Positions 41,291 through 55,078 of a stretch of DNA of 64,000 bases are shown in pieces. Source of the DNA: Octopus sinensis (lineage: Eukaryota). How positions within the stretch are numbered: position 1 is the first letter of the stretch; each line of letters begins with the position of its first letter. Position numbers and translations under genes: made by a program. The DNA lies in the NCBI RefSeq assembly GCF_006345805.1, contig NC_043005.1, positions 70,184,001 to 70,248,000 on the forward strand, given 5' to 3'. The notes under the pieces were generated by a model. It was not told where the DNA came from. It saw nothing but the letters and a program-made list of their open reading frames with translations, and did not search any database.

Positions 41291-43056
41291 ACACACATAC
41301 ATATATGCATATACGGGCATGTCTACATGTACTTAGCTGTATATTTATGTATGTATTTACGTATTTTTCTATCTCCATATTCTAACGCGTAAATGTTTGG
41401 TTGCGTAAGTGAAAAAAAAATGAAAGAAAGAATTAAAAGAAGGAACTCATGATATGAACAAAACTGTGATAACATCATCTGGATCATCATTAATATCATA
41501 AAATGAATAAAAAGAAAAATATTTTATTATTGTTATTATTATCATTATTATTGTTGGTAAATATTGTTGTTGATGTTGTTATTGCCGTTTCTCTTTTTTT
41601 TTTTTTTGCTGTTGCTGTTCTTGTCGTTATCGTTCGATGAAATTTTATGAAACGATGTCTAAAATCTATGAAAACTGACAAGACAAAGTTTTATTTCAAG
41701 CAAAACATTGAAATATGATCATAATGTTATTCTGCTGACAAGACAAAACGGTGATTCACTTTTTAATGTAAAAAAATCTCTCTCTTTTTCTCACTTTCTG
41801 TCTCTCTCACTCGCTTTCGTTCTCATACACACACAAGCACACTCACACTCACCACACAACCACAAATACACTCAGATACATACACTCAAACACACGGTCA
41901 GAGGCAGTACTTATACACACAAACACAGCGTCACAAAATATCCAAAATACAAATAAAAAGAACTTTTAAATCCACTTAGAATTCTTTTTGAAATACATTT
42001 ATTTCCTCATATATAGACTCACACACACACACAAACACATTTACATTAATGTTTCTTCTGACATACATATACACATACATATAGAGTAGGTGATGTTTAT
42101 ACATATTCAAAATATACATCTGTACGTATATCCATGCATACAGAGGTTGAAATATGTACATACATTTACAAGCAATATAAGTATACAAACTATTAATCCA
42201 CTTTTACCAGTCTCATGTATGAGAGCGTGCTCTGTCTGATGCCCTATTTGGTATACTATTGTCAAATATATGAACTCTAGATCTTATTCCATCAACATTT
42301 ATCCAGTACCTAATATCATTATATTTGTCGCAGCTTTCATCTTGTATTCGAAGGCGAGTAGAAAAATCTCCATAAACAGGAACTGCACATTTCGATATCC
42401 GTGAACTTGTTTAATTTTATTGGAGAAATTTTTGCTGACGTCATTTCTCAGTTACCGGTTCTTGTTTTGAAAATTTATTGAAAATAAAGCGTCCGGGTTC
42501 AAAATGTGTCAGAGAAATTCTATGCATTTTATTGATTTCGGAACTAGGATATATTAACTTTAACTGAAACAAGATTTTTGTTCACAATGAAAACTCCCAT
42601 AATCAAACAACAAAATGTAATACGTTTTGCGCAATGCTAGCTCTACCGTCTATCGACCTTATAAATGAGAGACTTGTATAATCTGAATATCCTTACAATA
42701 AAATCTCAAAGCAAGAAGTGCAAATAAAGTTCGCTAATATGAGGAATATAAAACTTGAAAAGGTACATATTTTCCTGATCCGGCTTATCCTTTATGACAC
42801 GTGTCTTGTTACCTGTAATATTCGTCATCAGAAATAGGGGAAACTGTCAAGTTGTCGATGCAGATGCTGCCTGTGTTACTTACATGTGGCCCCCTCTATT
42901 CACCAGCGTATAGCAACGTTTTTCTTAACCAAACTACAACCCTATATTTTTTGAGAAAGTTGAAACCAGGTCAAGGTTTTTGCTATCGCATGCATATACG
43001 TGGCATTCATTTTCCTGCATGTATGTATAGATAGATAAATAGATATACATATAGAT

Positions 43057-43104
<48 letters not shown>

Positions 43105-43110
43105 TATATA

Positions 43111-43677
43111 CACTTGCGTCGGAAATTAATTAGCACTTCTCAAATTTCTACATTTTCTTACATGTTCTTAATTTAATTAACTTATTATCAGAAATGAACT
43201 CGATTTTAATCAAAAATTTATTAAAACATATCTCAGCACACCACATAATTGTTATTAATCGTGAAATTTAGTCAATATCTTGTTGCTCATCCTTTGGCAG
43301 CAATGACAGCTGCTACGCGGGTCGGCATGCTGTCTATGAGTGCCTGCAGGTACTGTGCAGGCATGGCCCCTCATGCAGCAAGAAGTGCCCCAAACAGCTC
43401 GTGTCGGTTCCTGTATTGCTGCACATTCAAATCCCTACCCAATCGACTCCAGAGGTTCTCAATAGGGTTCAGGTTAGGTGACTGGCCAGCACGTACTCCT
43501 CGCCACCAAAGAGGCATCCCGTACTATCTCAATGTACTTTGCTGCGTTGATGTTGCCTTCGACGGCATAGAGCCGCCCAACACCACTGTAGCTGAACGCC
43601 CCTCACACCATCAGACCACCCCCACCATGCGTCATGGTGAGCAACTCAAGGGTGCTAATTAATTTCTGACGGTAGTG
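43111..43677 (-). mobile_element. Internally deleted Tc1 element (567 bp)
   Basis: 27-bp TIRs TA|CACTTGCGTCGGAAATTAATTAGCAC and revcomp CACTACCGTCAGAAATTAATTAGCAC|TA. Minus strand encodes SPNLNPIENLW...LIDSMPTRVAAVIAAKG*ATRY*. Confidence 0.92.
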
Positions 43678-43741
43678 TATATATATATATATATACATAG
43701 ATAGATAGATATACATATATATATATATATATTTGACAGTG

Positions 43742-43804
<63 letters not shown>

Positions 43805-43805
<1 letters not shown>

Positions 43806-45430
43806 TAGCTGACGTACCCGTTCTCATAACTGTTTTGCTAATCAAATAACAACAATACAAAGTAAGTAGCCCTTAAAATGGTATGTGAGTATTTACAGAG
43901 AATACCAAACTGTCTTACATAATATCTTGTTTTTAGGAAAACCCAATAAGTTGTGAATACCCAAATCAAAAAATCAGTTACGTAAAAACATGAAATTAGT
44001 TCGCCGATAGTAATAATTGAAATGAAGTAGCCCCGAAAAGGAAATTAATGCATTCCCAGAGTATATAGAACATAGGAGGAAATGCCAATAAGGTATATAT
44101 ACGAAAATCGTGAGGCATGTGTACGTAATAACAGGCTAATTGGATACGAGAGAATGACAATTCAACATAAATAAGTCTTAAAAAATCGCTTTTGTCCTCT
44201 CCCAGAGAATATTACCCCCAGGGACGCTAGTGTTTTACAATGACTGTAGATTTTACAATGACTACAGATTTACAATGACTGTAGAAACTAACTGGCATTT
44301 AGTTTTACCGTAGACATACAAATAAATTTGTATATAAATTTAAAATTTAAATAACATGTAGATTATCACTACATTTAGAACACTTACAAATATTACAGTT
44401 AAATAATAAATACCTGATGATTTGATGAATCTTATTAAATTTGCAGAGCGTCTTGATACACAACGTTTTTGGTGTTTCCTTATGGGTATAAATAAACAAC
44501 TGATTAGGATTGCCGCCTCTTGATAATCTCACATAGAATTGGCCATGGAAGAAAAATGGTTCCGCAAGGCTCAGACCTACCATATCCAAGAACTGTTCCC
44601 AGGCTTTGTTAATGTTCAATGCAAAAACTCAGTTTCAACGGAAATTACAGGCACGTGTACTGGGAAGGCATATCCGAGGGAATAAGTGGAATTCTGGGAA
44701 TGAATACAGGCTCAGCACTTTCTTTACAAGTCAAAATTGTTCTCTCCAAGACTGTTGACATCACCTATTGCAAAGCTCTGGTGGATCGAGGTTTGCAAAG
44801 CAGCATAACTAGTGCCTCAATCTTGAGGTGGAAGGTGTGAGTTGAGAGACCGAGTGGTGTTAAACTATTCAAGAATTCAACTGCATAATTCACAGATGCA
44901 TCGATGTTGAGTACAGTTTCAATAGAATTGTACATATGACGCTCATTTAGCAACCGTTCCAGACGTTTGATGTTCAAATCATCAACTGCCACATACCTTG
45001 GAGATAATATGGCACGGAATTTCAGCTAGTAGTGATGTGTAAACGGATTCCTCGGCTTAGGAAACACCTTATTCGTTAATTCCTTTAAATCAGATACCAT
45101 ATGTCCAAAAGCCAACCTTACTCGACCATCAATCTCGCCAACCGAAGTGCTATTACCGACGTCCAGTAGTTGCTTTGAAAAGATTCTGTCTGCATCATCA
45201 CCATTGAATTGCAGTCTCATGTTGTTTGTGAGATTCCCTACACATCTCTCTATGTGTTCGCGACATGGCATCTCTTTATACATTGAGAAACGGATCTGTT
45301 TTTTTATGCAGTATAGTTCTCAAGTGACATCCTTATTTGGCCTACGTAGTTATGTCCAAAACCTGAACGAGTTACATTTTGGGGATGACAACTGAAATTG
45401 GTCTTAATTGTGAACTTCTGCCTTTGTTTG
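43805..45430 (-). mobile_element. Helitron 3' portion: helicase remnant no. 2 plus 3' terminus
   Basis: NLTNNMRL...FSKQLLDVGN, AVEFLNSLTPLGLSTHTFHLKI...VMLL, IPRIPLIPSDMPF...PLKLSFA.NINKA...VGLSL...HGQFYVRLSR. Ends in an imperfect hairpin plus CTAG|T at 43805. Contains a three-copy tandem of about 19 bp at 44232-44286. Confidence 0.88.
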
Positions 45431-45879
45431 AAGTGGAATTCTGAATCTTCCAATACGTTGAGGCGGAGAAAAAAACTGACAGAGATAAAGTGAAACTAGG
45501 CAATACATTTCCAATCCTTTTCTGAACACACATATAAAGCATCTTGGTCTTCAAAGATTGTGAGACAAATGTAAATACGCAATCACGAAATTACTGTTTC
45601 TAGAAGTATTCGCGAACAGAGTAATTCTGTGTTGATGTTTTGAGTCTTTAATTGTCTCCTAGTACCACCAAGAGTTAATCAGTATCTGTTTGACAAATTC
45701 GTAGTCAATAACTCTGTAGGATTTGCTTCTCTCTCTCTCCTACTATCTCTCCCCTCTTCCCCTCTCTCCCCCTTTCTATCGCTCTCTCCTATCTCAATAT
45801 CACTATCTTTCTCTCCTCTGTCTCCCTCTCTATTTTTCCCTGCCTGTATCCTCTTCTTGCCGTATACAACTACACACAC

Positions 45880-45913
<34 letters not shown>

Positions 45914-46109
45914 ATGCCTATATATATATATATATATGTGTATAAATATATGTATATATATATGGGTGAGTGTGAGTTTATGTGAGTTATAGATGTGTAT
46001 ATATTCATGTATGTATATACATATCTATCTATCAAACTATATATATGTATATATGTACATATATATATATATGTGTGTGTGTGTATATATGTGTATGTAT
46101 ATATGTATG

Positions 46110-46187
<78 letters not shown>

Positions 46188-46329
46188 TATATGACGTTCT
46201 TTATGTTACTTGTCCTGTTTTCCATTGGTTTCTCTCGCTGTTTGGCGTATTGAAGTCATTTGTTTTCGTATTTCATGTTTATTTAATCTTGGTGACGTCC
46301 TGTACCCTTACGCGCATATTTGTATGTGC

Positions 46330-46373
<44 letters not shown>

Positions 46374-46471
46374 TGTCAGTGACACTTATAGACGGTTTCT
46401 CAAATAGCTGCTCAATCTAATTATGCCGAGGAAAATGTTGATCGATGTAAGTAGAGGTGAATGATATTTAC

Positions 46472-46516
46472 CCACTGATGCTTGTTATATGCTTCCAGGC
46501 GTCTCTCATTCCCGAT
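46472..46516 (-). CDS. Candidate 45-nt internal exon (IGNERRLEAYNKHQW), gene unknown
   Basis: Minus strand: branch-like CTAAC, pyrimidine tract CATTTCCCTCCAG, open phase-0/0 frame and donor TGG|GTAAAT. No protein recognised. Confidence 0.3.
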
Positions 46517-46629
46517 CTGGAGGGAAATGATGTTATCGTGTTAGATAATTTCTGATATAAATAGATTGCGTTCATTTCGTTTAAGTTGGAAGCTATTAAT
46601 AGTTCCGCATAATGCACATATAACAATGA

Positions 46630-46634
46630 TAGAC

Positions 46635-46718
<84 letters not shown>

Positions 46719-46730
46719 TGACAGATAGAT
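46630..46730. repeat. (GATA)n microsatellite
   Basis: About 22 GATA units. A second array lies at 49770-49930. Confidence 0.95.
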
Positions 46731-47574
46731 AGTTAGAGATAAGTATGCATCCATGTATATATCTGTACATGTATTCACGTGCACAAACACGCAAACAGGC
46801 ACAGTGACACACATAAGAACGCTGAAAATAATAGCATGGCAAACGAATTTTTCAGAATTATGCGACTAGATCATTAAAGTGTTAAAAATGAAGTTGTAAG
46901 AGAGATAACGAGTAACACATCCTCATATTAGCCGCCGGCCACTCTGTAAAGACATGGTATTGTTGAAAGTAGCTCTTATACATATGCACTTACAATGAAA
47001 ATTAAATAGGTTCGGCGCGGAGGCTGGCTTAAGTGAGTGATGAAATAAAAACGAAGAAAGAAGATAACATGTGTGAGGAGTGAAGGTGAAATGATAAACA
47101 TAAATTAAAGAAAAATATACGAAAAGAAGCTTGTGATATGGGCCAACATAGCAACACAAATCTTTTATGTTATTTTCCTGCAATTACCTAAGTATTTTTA
47201 AATTTTGCATCAACCAAAAATGTGTACGAATGCAAAACAAATACGTGAGAAATAACTTGACATATGGGTGTTTCCACGGTTATCTTCTTTAAGTGTAATT
47301 GGAAGTAATCCATAAACAAAACGCATGTTGTTGTTTTTTTTTCTTAAGATATATCATGAATATATAATGCGAAACTGATGTTTCGCTTTGCAAAGTAATG
47401 TAATAATTACAATGTTTATGTGTAAAATATATTTATTGCTTCGGAGAATTGACCGTGATGTTTGAACCGCCTGCAATGTTTTCTACGAATAAAAAGTTTT
47501 AAGGCAACAGTAAATTTTAATTTACATATCATAGAAATAAGTTCGCGTATGTGGGCATAGATATATACAAAATT

Positions 47575-47815
47575 TAAAGGACTGACCACTAAAAGCGGAC
47601 AGCTTTTATTTATGCTAGATATAGACGTCAAAATCGCCATTTCCCACGAAGAATATGTTCTCAAGAAAAAATCTCAGCAAAAAAACAAAGTGTAACAATA
47701 AGCAAGACAAATGAAAATATATAGTCCTCTACATTTTGTATGGCAAAAAAATTTATAATCTTCGATTTAAAAAAAAAAAATGCTAGGCCACTGGTTTTAA
47801 TTGATTAATATATTG
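47575..47815 (+). repeat. Interspersed repeat; un-rearranged relative of the element at 2121-2440
   Basis: Shares GGACTGA...TATGCTAGATATAGACGTCAAA.TCGCCATT...TATGTTCTCAA and the downstream TAATCTTCG...TGCTAG.CCACTGGTTTTAATTGA.TAATAT. Confidence 0.8.
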
Positions 47816-47825
47816 ATTATTCAAT

Positions 47826-47884
<59 letters not shown>

Positions 47885-48197
47885 ATATATATACATATAT
47901 GCATCATGAATGTGTGGTATGTCTGTGTGTGTGTGTGCCTGTACGTGCATGTGGGTATATATGCGAAATGGTCTTGGGTAAGAGAAAATACGGGCGGGTC
48001 CGTTAATTATGATTTTATTCAACACATCCCCTCTCAGATTCACACACAAATGCAGCGATCCTTCCATTTTTCTACACCCTGTAAAAGAACTCAGATGCTT
48101 GAGCCTGCAACCAGGCCTTTCACCAATACCCTTTAAAACCAGGAACTTTCCAGCTCCTTCTTACACACACACTACACACACACACACACACACACAC

Positions 48198-48243
<46 letters not shown>

Positions 48244-48757
48244 ATATCTATATTTATATATATATATATACATACATACATACATGTATCTATAACCTGT
48301 AAACAAACCCGAATGTAGTAAATTACGGAGAAGAACGACGCGCATAGTCCTTTTTAATAATAACTCTATTTATATATGATTTATATAATATTATGTGCTC
48401 CATTTAAAGCGACAATGTTATCGATGTAGAAAACACAAAATAGATTTAGCACGAATCTTTTTTCAGCACGCTGAGCTATCTGCTAAATGCGTAGAACAGT
48501 TTGAAATTTAAATGGATCAACTTGCACATGGTGTCAGTGTATTCTTGTCTACAAGATCGAATGTTATCTGAAATATATTTGAAACAACCTTTAAGAATTT
48601 CAATCCCCAAAAGAATTTTATTCTCTTTGCCACAAGCTTAAACCAGAAGATTTAATCATGACAATGAGCGAAGCTCATTTGGGGCAATCGATAAGTAGCA
48701 ACCCGTGAGAGGCGTTTTATATTGTATCTCTGTCAAAGTAATTATATTTATCATAGA

Positions 48758-49135
48758 CTGGCAGTATCGCCCGGCGTTGCTCGGGTTTGTTTCAGCCCTA
48801 TAGAATTGGAATTTTCGAAAAGTAAAACTTTTGCCTTGTCTAGCTTGTTATTCTCTTTACGTGAACATTTTTCTGGTTGAAATACACTGAAAAATGGCGA
48901 CATAGCAGTCACAAAATCGTAAAAATACGGATTTTCTTAGAAAAAAGCACCTTTTGGATGTAAACAATTTTTGGTGTGAACATGGTCCTTTTTGAATTTT
49001 TTTCTTCTACGGAAGGAAGAGCAAGACATCTATCATATTCTCAAATTTGGTCAACTTGCGACGCAAGCTCTCAGGGTGATAGTGTTAGTTGAAGCTACCA
49101 AACCTGCCATACACAGACAACTTCAGCTATATATA
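48758..49135 (-). mobile_element. Short non-autonomous Helitron-like element
   Basis: Minus-strand 3' end CCCGAGCAACGCCGGG hairpin plus ...GCCAG|T (CTAG variant), related to the 16890 terminus. The 5' end merges into (TA)n. Confidence 0.6.
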
Positions 49136-49827
49136 TATATATATATATATTATATAATATATATATTAAATATATATATATTACTGTATATATATATATA
49201 TATATTATATATATATATTTATTAGTCAACAAAGTAAGTGACACAGAAATCTTTAGAACGAGGAATATATTTCAAAGTGTGTAGGGCTAAATGAAGTCAA
49301 TGAAATTCAGATTGTCTCAAACGTCTCCATTAATAATGTTGTCTGGTAGATATTTGAATTATCAGCCCTACCCAACATTGATCAGTTGACAGGATTCATC
49401 AAGTCAGCGGCTTGTTTGTTAGCACATGCGCACACGAGACTACATTAGTTACTTTTGCCACATCTACCGTATCGGTGAATTCGTTTGATCACTCTTGTAT
49501 AGGGAGGCCTCTACCTCTTGCATATGGACCAATACAATTAATAAAATCTATGGTATCCTTATCAAGCAAAGTATCCGCAAAAGTCAAAGGAAGTAATGTA
49601 ATTTAGTGTATTTATAATTCGTTCTCCAGCAATTGACGTTTGCATGCATGCGTACATTTACTCGTTTCAGCAACTATCGATTTCATTTTAGAGAGATAGA
49701 CACAGATAGACTGAGTGACTGATAGACAAATTGACATAAATAGGGGTGCAGACGGAGATAGAGACGATTAGATAGATAAATGATAGACAGACAGAAAGAC
49801 ATATATATATATATATATATATTATAT

Positions 49828-49882
<55 letters not shown>

Positions 49883-50293
49883 CATAGATAGATAGATAGA
49901 TAGATAGATAGACAGATAGATAGATGAGATTAATATCCTCAACAGTTATGTTATTTAACAGATTTCATTGTGACTATTTATTTCGTGCGCTTGCATGTAT
50001 ATTTGTTCCTTAAAATCGAAACAAAAAACTGAAGATAATGTCTTACTGCAATTTCTGAAATGTTTCTTTTTTTATTGTTTCTTCATTTAGTTTGAAATAT
50101 TTCGTTCAGTTTCGTGTTTTGAATTGTTTTACATTCTTTTTTATTCAGTCCTTTGCATATTTAGTGAATTTTGATAGTCCCCATAAAAGGGAATTAATAA
50201 TAAAAATATTTGCGAAGAAAATTCTGGAAAAGCATGTTCGGCAAAAATGTGCTTTGCTGAAAAATGCTTCATTAGCATATATATATATATATA

Positions 50294-50370
<77 letters not shown>

Positions 50371-50687
50371 CAGCATACACCACACACCCACAAATATATG
50401 TGCATATCTGGATTGTTGGTTGATTTTTTCCTTCGTCTTCCTTTCTCTTGGACTTCCCTCTCTCTGCTGTTTCTGAAGAAGAACTTTGCGCGAATCTTAA
50501 AACACACTTTCCTTATTTCTGTACATGTACCACGTACTCGTTTTGTTATATCTTTATTGTGAATTTTCTTCGATTGTTTGTATTAATTATATATGTATGC
50601 GCTCTTTGTTTGCATGTGTATGTGTTTATATGCGTATGCATAAATATACATACACTCTCACGCACGTGTATATAATACATACATAGA

Positions 50688-50735
<48 letters not shown>

Positions 50736-50789
50736 TAAATGTATGTCTGTGTATATATAAATATATATATGTGTGTGTATATATATACC

Positions 50790-50960
50790 GATTTGAAGTG
50801 TTGTCGAATAATTCGACCTCAGAACTTACCTCTTATGTCTTAGTACTTATTGCATCAGTGACTTTGGCGAACCGCTAAGTTAGATGCGTTAGCACTGCAG
50901 CGCCGGCTGTCAAGCGATGATGTTGAGAGTAAAATAGACACAAAAATACACACACACACA
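50790..50960 (-). mobile_element. Degenerate family B SINE, 3' half
   Basis: TAGTACTTATT...GGCGAACCGCTAAGTT...GGCTGTCAAGCGATG. Confidence 0.65.
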
Positions 50961-50988
50961 TAAACAGTCACATGCACACACATCTATG

Positions 50989-51027
<39 letters not shown>

Positions 51028-51074
51028 GTATATAATATATATATATAATATATATACACACAAACATACATACA

Positions 51075-51243
51075 TGGCAGTGTGGCACGGATTTTGCTTC
51101 AGAACCATATGGTTCCGGGTTCAGTTCTACTGCGTTAAATCTTGGGCAGATGGCTTCTAGATGACAGCCTCGGGTCGACCAAAGTCTTGTGAGTGGATTT
51201 GGTAGAAAGAAACTGAAAAAGGTTCGCCGTACTCACACACGCA

Positions 51244-51279
<36 letters not shown>

Positions 51280-52027
51280 TATGTCTCTGTGTGTCTTTGT
51301 ATCTATGTTCCTCCCCACATCATCGCTTGACAACCGCTGTCACTGCATTACTCTCCCACGCACCATGACTTAAACTTTTTCAGCTAGTTCTCTTTTCGAC
51401 TTGGACAGTCCAAACTCCTTCACCCCATGGACATCACCGCCCACTTCAAAACTACTACAGGCTATTGTATCACTCATTTATCAGTGTGCAACATTTCTGC
51501 TGCACGCTATGGATCCACATTTTCAAGGAAACTGATGGATCAAGGTTTCACATTTGAACTCGGAACCATTTCAACGAAACGTTTCCTTCCACTTTCTACC
51601 CTACCCCAGTTAATTCATTAGACCCTTTCCTATGATTTAACTCTCCTCCTACCTTATCTTTAGCCTTCATTTCACTTTCTGCTGTGCTTGCTTCTCTTTC
51701 TACCATTACTTTTTCATTTTTACATTTTTTTCTGTTGCTCCTATCACTTTGTGTTCACGTATGCAACACACGTGTTCCTGTTTTACTTATACGTTGCACC
51801 ATTAAAAAAAAAAAACTTTGATTATGCAAAACTCTGGTGTCTCTCATTAATTTCTCTTCTTTCAAATTTCTCCCTGAAGAAGGACGTGTCCGACGTGTTG
51901 GATTTTCAACAGTTCACAGAATGTGTACTCTAGACTTTTTATCGATTTCACTACATAATATATCAAATGCATCATACTGATGCAGAACACCACCAGTCTC
52001 ACTGGAGACTGTTTCATCAATATTATC
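51075..52027 (+). mobile_element. Chimera: family B SINE 5' part fused to a Penelope-like 3' part
   Basis: tRNA head and body run to GCTTGACAACCG (about 51340). Next comes RLGQ...TAHF...HLSVC...SRKLMDQGFTFELGTI (resembles the C-terminus of a PLE GIY-YIG domain), then a degenerate hammerhead core CTGAAGA-A-GGAC-GT-GTCC-GAC at 51874. Confidence 0.65.
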
Positions 52028-52062
<35 letters not shown>

Positions 52063-52167
52063 CATACATATATATATATATTTATATATTCATATATATA
52101 TATATATATGTATACACACATATATATATACATATATATATATATATATGCATACATATATATATAC

Positions 52168-52284
52168 ATGGCCTGCTCGCTTAGCCAGCGGGGTGGCATC
52201 ATTTGAAGGCTAAAAACAATGCGAAGCGCATTGTGACCAGCGATTTGTAGCAACATCTGATAGCCTGGTCGGTCATGGTCACGA
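52168..52284 (+). mobile_element. Short GC-richer retroelement 3'-tail-like fragment in a TA tract
   Basis: GGCCTGCTCGCTTAGCCAGCGGGGTGGC...GCATTGTGACCAGCG...GGTCGGTCATGGTCACGAT is embedded in (TA)n. Family not determined. Confidence 0.4.
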
Positions 52285-52358
52285 TATATATACATACATA
52301 TATATATATTATACATAAATATATGTATATATATATACATATATGTATTTATATATCT

Positions 52359-52421
<63 letters not shown>

Positions 52422-53700
52422 TTATATAGATACACTTACACATATATATTCATATACATATGAAAGAAAAACGCGCGCACACGCACACATATATAAACAC
52501 ACGCGAATATGATAGAGTAATAAAAGAACAAAGACGAAGATGAAGCAAATAGAATTTTCCAATAAGTAAAGCATGTTGGAGAAATATTTTTGAGAATGCT
52601 CAACCACAATTCCTCGATATTTTGTGTCAAAATAAACTAGATTATTCAAGCAAAAGATATGAGAAAGAGAGAAAGAGGGAGTGAAAAAGGGAGAAGGAAA
52701 GAGAGGAATGGAAGGAGTGGTGTATAAGTGAAAGTTGCTATAAACTTCAAACCGAATAAACAATGTTATATTGATATTTGTCAGAATTCTCTTGGAGTAA
52801 ATGGAAAGAAAAAAATCGTATTCTAATGAGGTATGACCAATTGATAGAAGATAAGTGAAATTCCTCCAAGTGATGTGAGGTAAAGATACTCTTCATATCC
52901 TCTGTAGGCCTTTGGCTAACTTCTCGTTATTCATTTCTAATTTTCTTGTTGACTTTTCTCGTTGTTTTACGTTATCAATAGCACAAAACTATTGAAAACA
53001 AAGAAAAATTGCGTAGGAAACCCCAAACGCGCTTTTGCTATTGAATGTATAGCTGCTATGATGAGTATGAAAACTTAAGTCTTATTATCATTCCTTACAT
53101 TTGCTAAATCAATGGCAAACGAAGAAAAAGAAACGGTGTAAACTAAGATATTTTGAAGAAGGCCTATACAAATTCACAAGATAATTTCCTTTTTCTTCTC
53201 TTATTCTTTTCCAATTTTGTTTTCTGCTTGTCAGTTTTTTATTTATTCATTTATGAATTACATATAAGAACCAATTGAATGAAAGAACAAAACGAAGTGT
53301 ATCTAAGCTATAACCAGCAGCAATATCTTTCACTACTCACTTCCTCTTCTTTTCATGGTTGTAAACACACTAGAAAAATATCTCTTGGGTATTGAAGCAA
53401 ACAGATAAATGATCAGACAAATTTAGGCTAATAAATTAAGTTATTTTCTTTGATTTTCAGAAGTCAATGCGTTAGGGATTCCATAATAAGCATTGATGTT
53501 TAGCACTCGTTTGTAAGACAGGAGAAAGTGCTAGGAATTTTCTCAAGATTCGCAAAAGATCAATGAAATTAAGAATCATACAGAAACAAAAGATAAATAT
53601 ATAGAAACATATAATTGTTGCTAAAATGTCATATGACTCTGTATTCGTAGGTAAATACCTATCGGCTTATACTTTATTAATGTGGATATATGTGTGCTGG

Positions 53701-53731
<31 letters not shown>

Positions 53732-54689
53732 TTGTATAGTTGTTTTTTTCTTTTTTTCCTCCTTTGTATATCGATATGCTGTAACTATGTTTATCGTGTT
53801 GTTATTATAGCTATCAGGTTTTGAAATCTAGAATGACATGATATTATTACATCCTAACTAGAGCACTCCATGCATTTTATTTTTTAAGCAATTTTGCACA
53901 GTTATTTCTTGAAATGAAAAAACTACCACCTCCGCCATATTGCAGTATCGGTCATTGATTATGCCTTGTATATGTTGTGCTAAACGTGTTATAGCAACTA
54001 TTGTGTTTCGTATGAGTTGTTTGCGTTATAAGGGAAGATATTGATTTTGTAAGTTTATGTGATATATTCTCTTATTAGTTGATAATTCTGTAGACTATGT
54101 GTCATGTATAAATATGTTACTTTGCAGAACAGTCATTCTACAGGATATATATATGTATGGAAAGCATGTACTATTTGAATTGTGCCAACGAACAAAAGGT
54201 GATTTGCGTGGGATATAGCATCTGCTTAGCGGAGTTAAAATGTGAATTGCTACTGACGTTAAAAATTCTGCTAAATGTGTATGCTTTGATCATATATTTC
54301 TCCATATTTAGAGATCGCATTGTTACTTAAATAGTTTTCCTTTGAAAGACACACATTATGATAATATTCATGGTCATCGTATTTTGAACTACCCCGAACA
54401 TCTTGCAGACAATATTTTGGTTAAAAGAAAAAAAAAAATTTTTCTGAGAGTATGGCGAGTATGTGTCAGTCCATCAGTATTAATATTTGAACTGTTTCGT
54501 TATAGCTGTCGAATTGTTTGTAGATGTCGTTACGAGCGGAGTAGTGAGGAGTAGCAATCGAAGAATATATGGAGAAACAAACATGGCATTCTTCATGCAT
54601 CAGTCTGCATATGAAGAATGTTCGCTGATGCCTTTGATGTCATCATCATCATCATCATCACCATCATCATCATCAACATCATTATTATT

Positions 54690-55078
54690 GAGCGGCGATC
54701 TGGCAGAATCGCTAGCACACTGGGCGAAATGCTTAGCGGACTTTCGACAATCTTTAAGTTCTGATTTCAAATTCCGCCGGTGTCGACATTGTCTTTCTTC
54801 TTTTTTGGCGGGGGGGGGTCGATGAAATAAGTACCAGTTGAATACTAGGATCGATGCAATCAACACATCACCCACCCACCCCCACCAAAAAAAATTGTTG
54901 CCCTGTGGTAAAATTTGAAATCATTATTTCTTCTTTTTGTCGTTATTGTTGTTATTATTATAGCTATCCTCATCGTCGTCGTCATCATCATCATCATCAT
55001 TTTCACCATTGTCATGATCAGCATTATTGTTATTATTACTCCGCCAAAATTTCAGGCCTTGTGCCTATAGTAGAAATG
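54690..55078 (+). mobile_element. Family A SINE with T3-like tail, triplet tract, then a second T2 tail fragment
   Basis: Head GCGATCTGGCAGAATCG, B box TTTCAAATTCCGCC, core, tail ...GTGGTAAAATTTGAAATCATT. AAAATTTCAGGCCTTGTGCCTATAGTAGAAA follows at about 55047. Confidence 0.7.
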
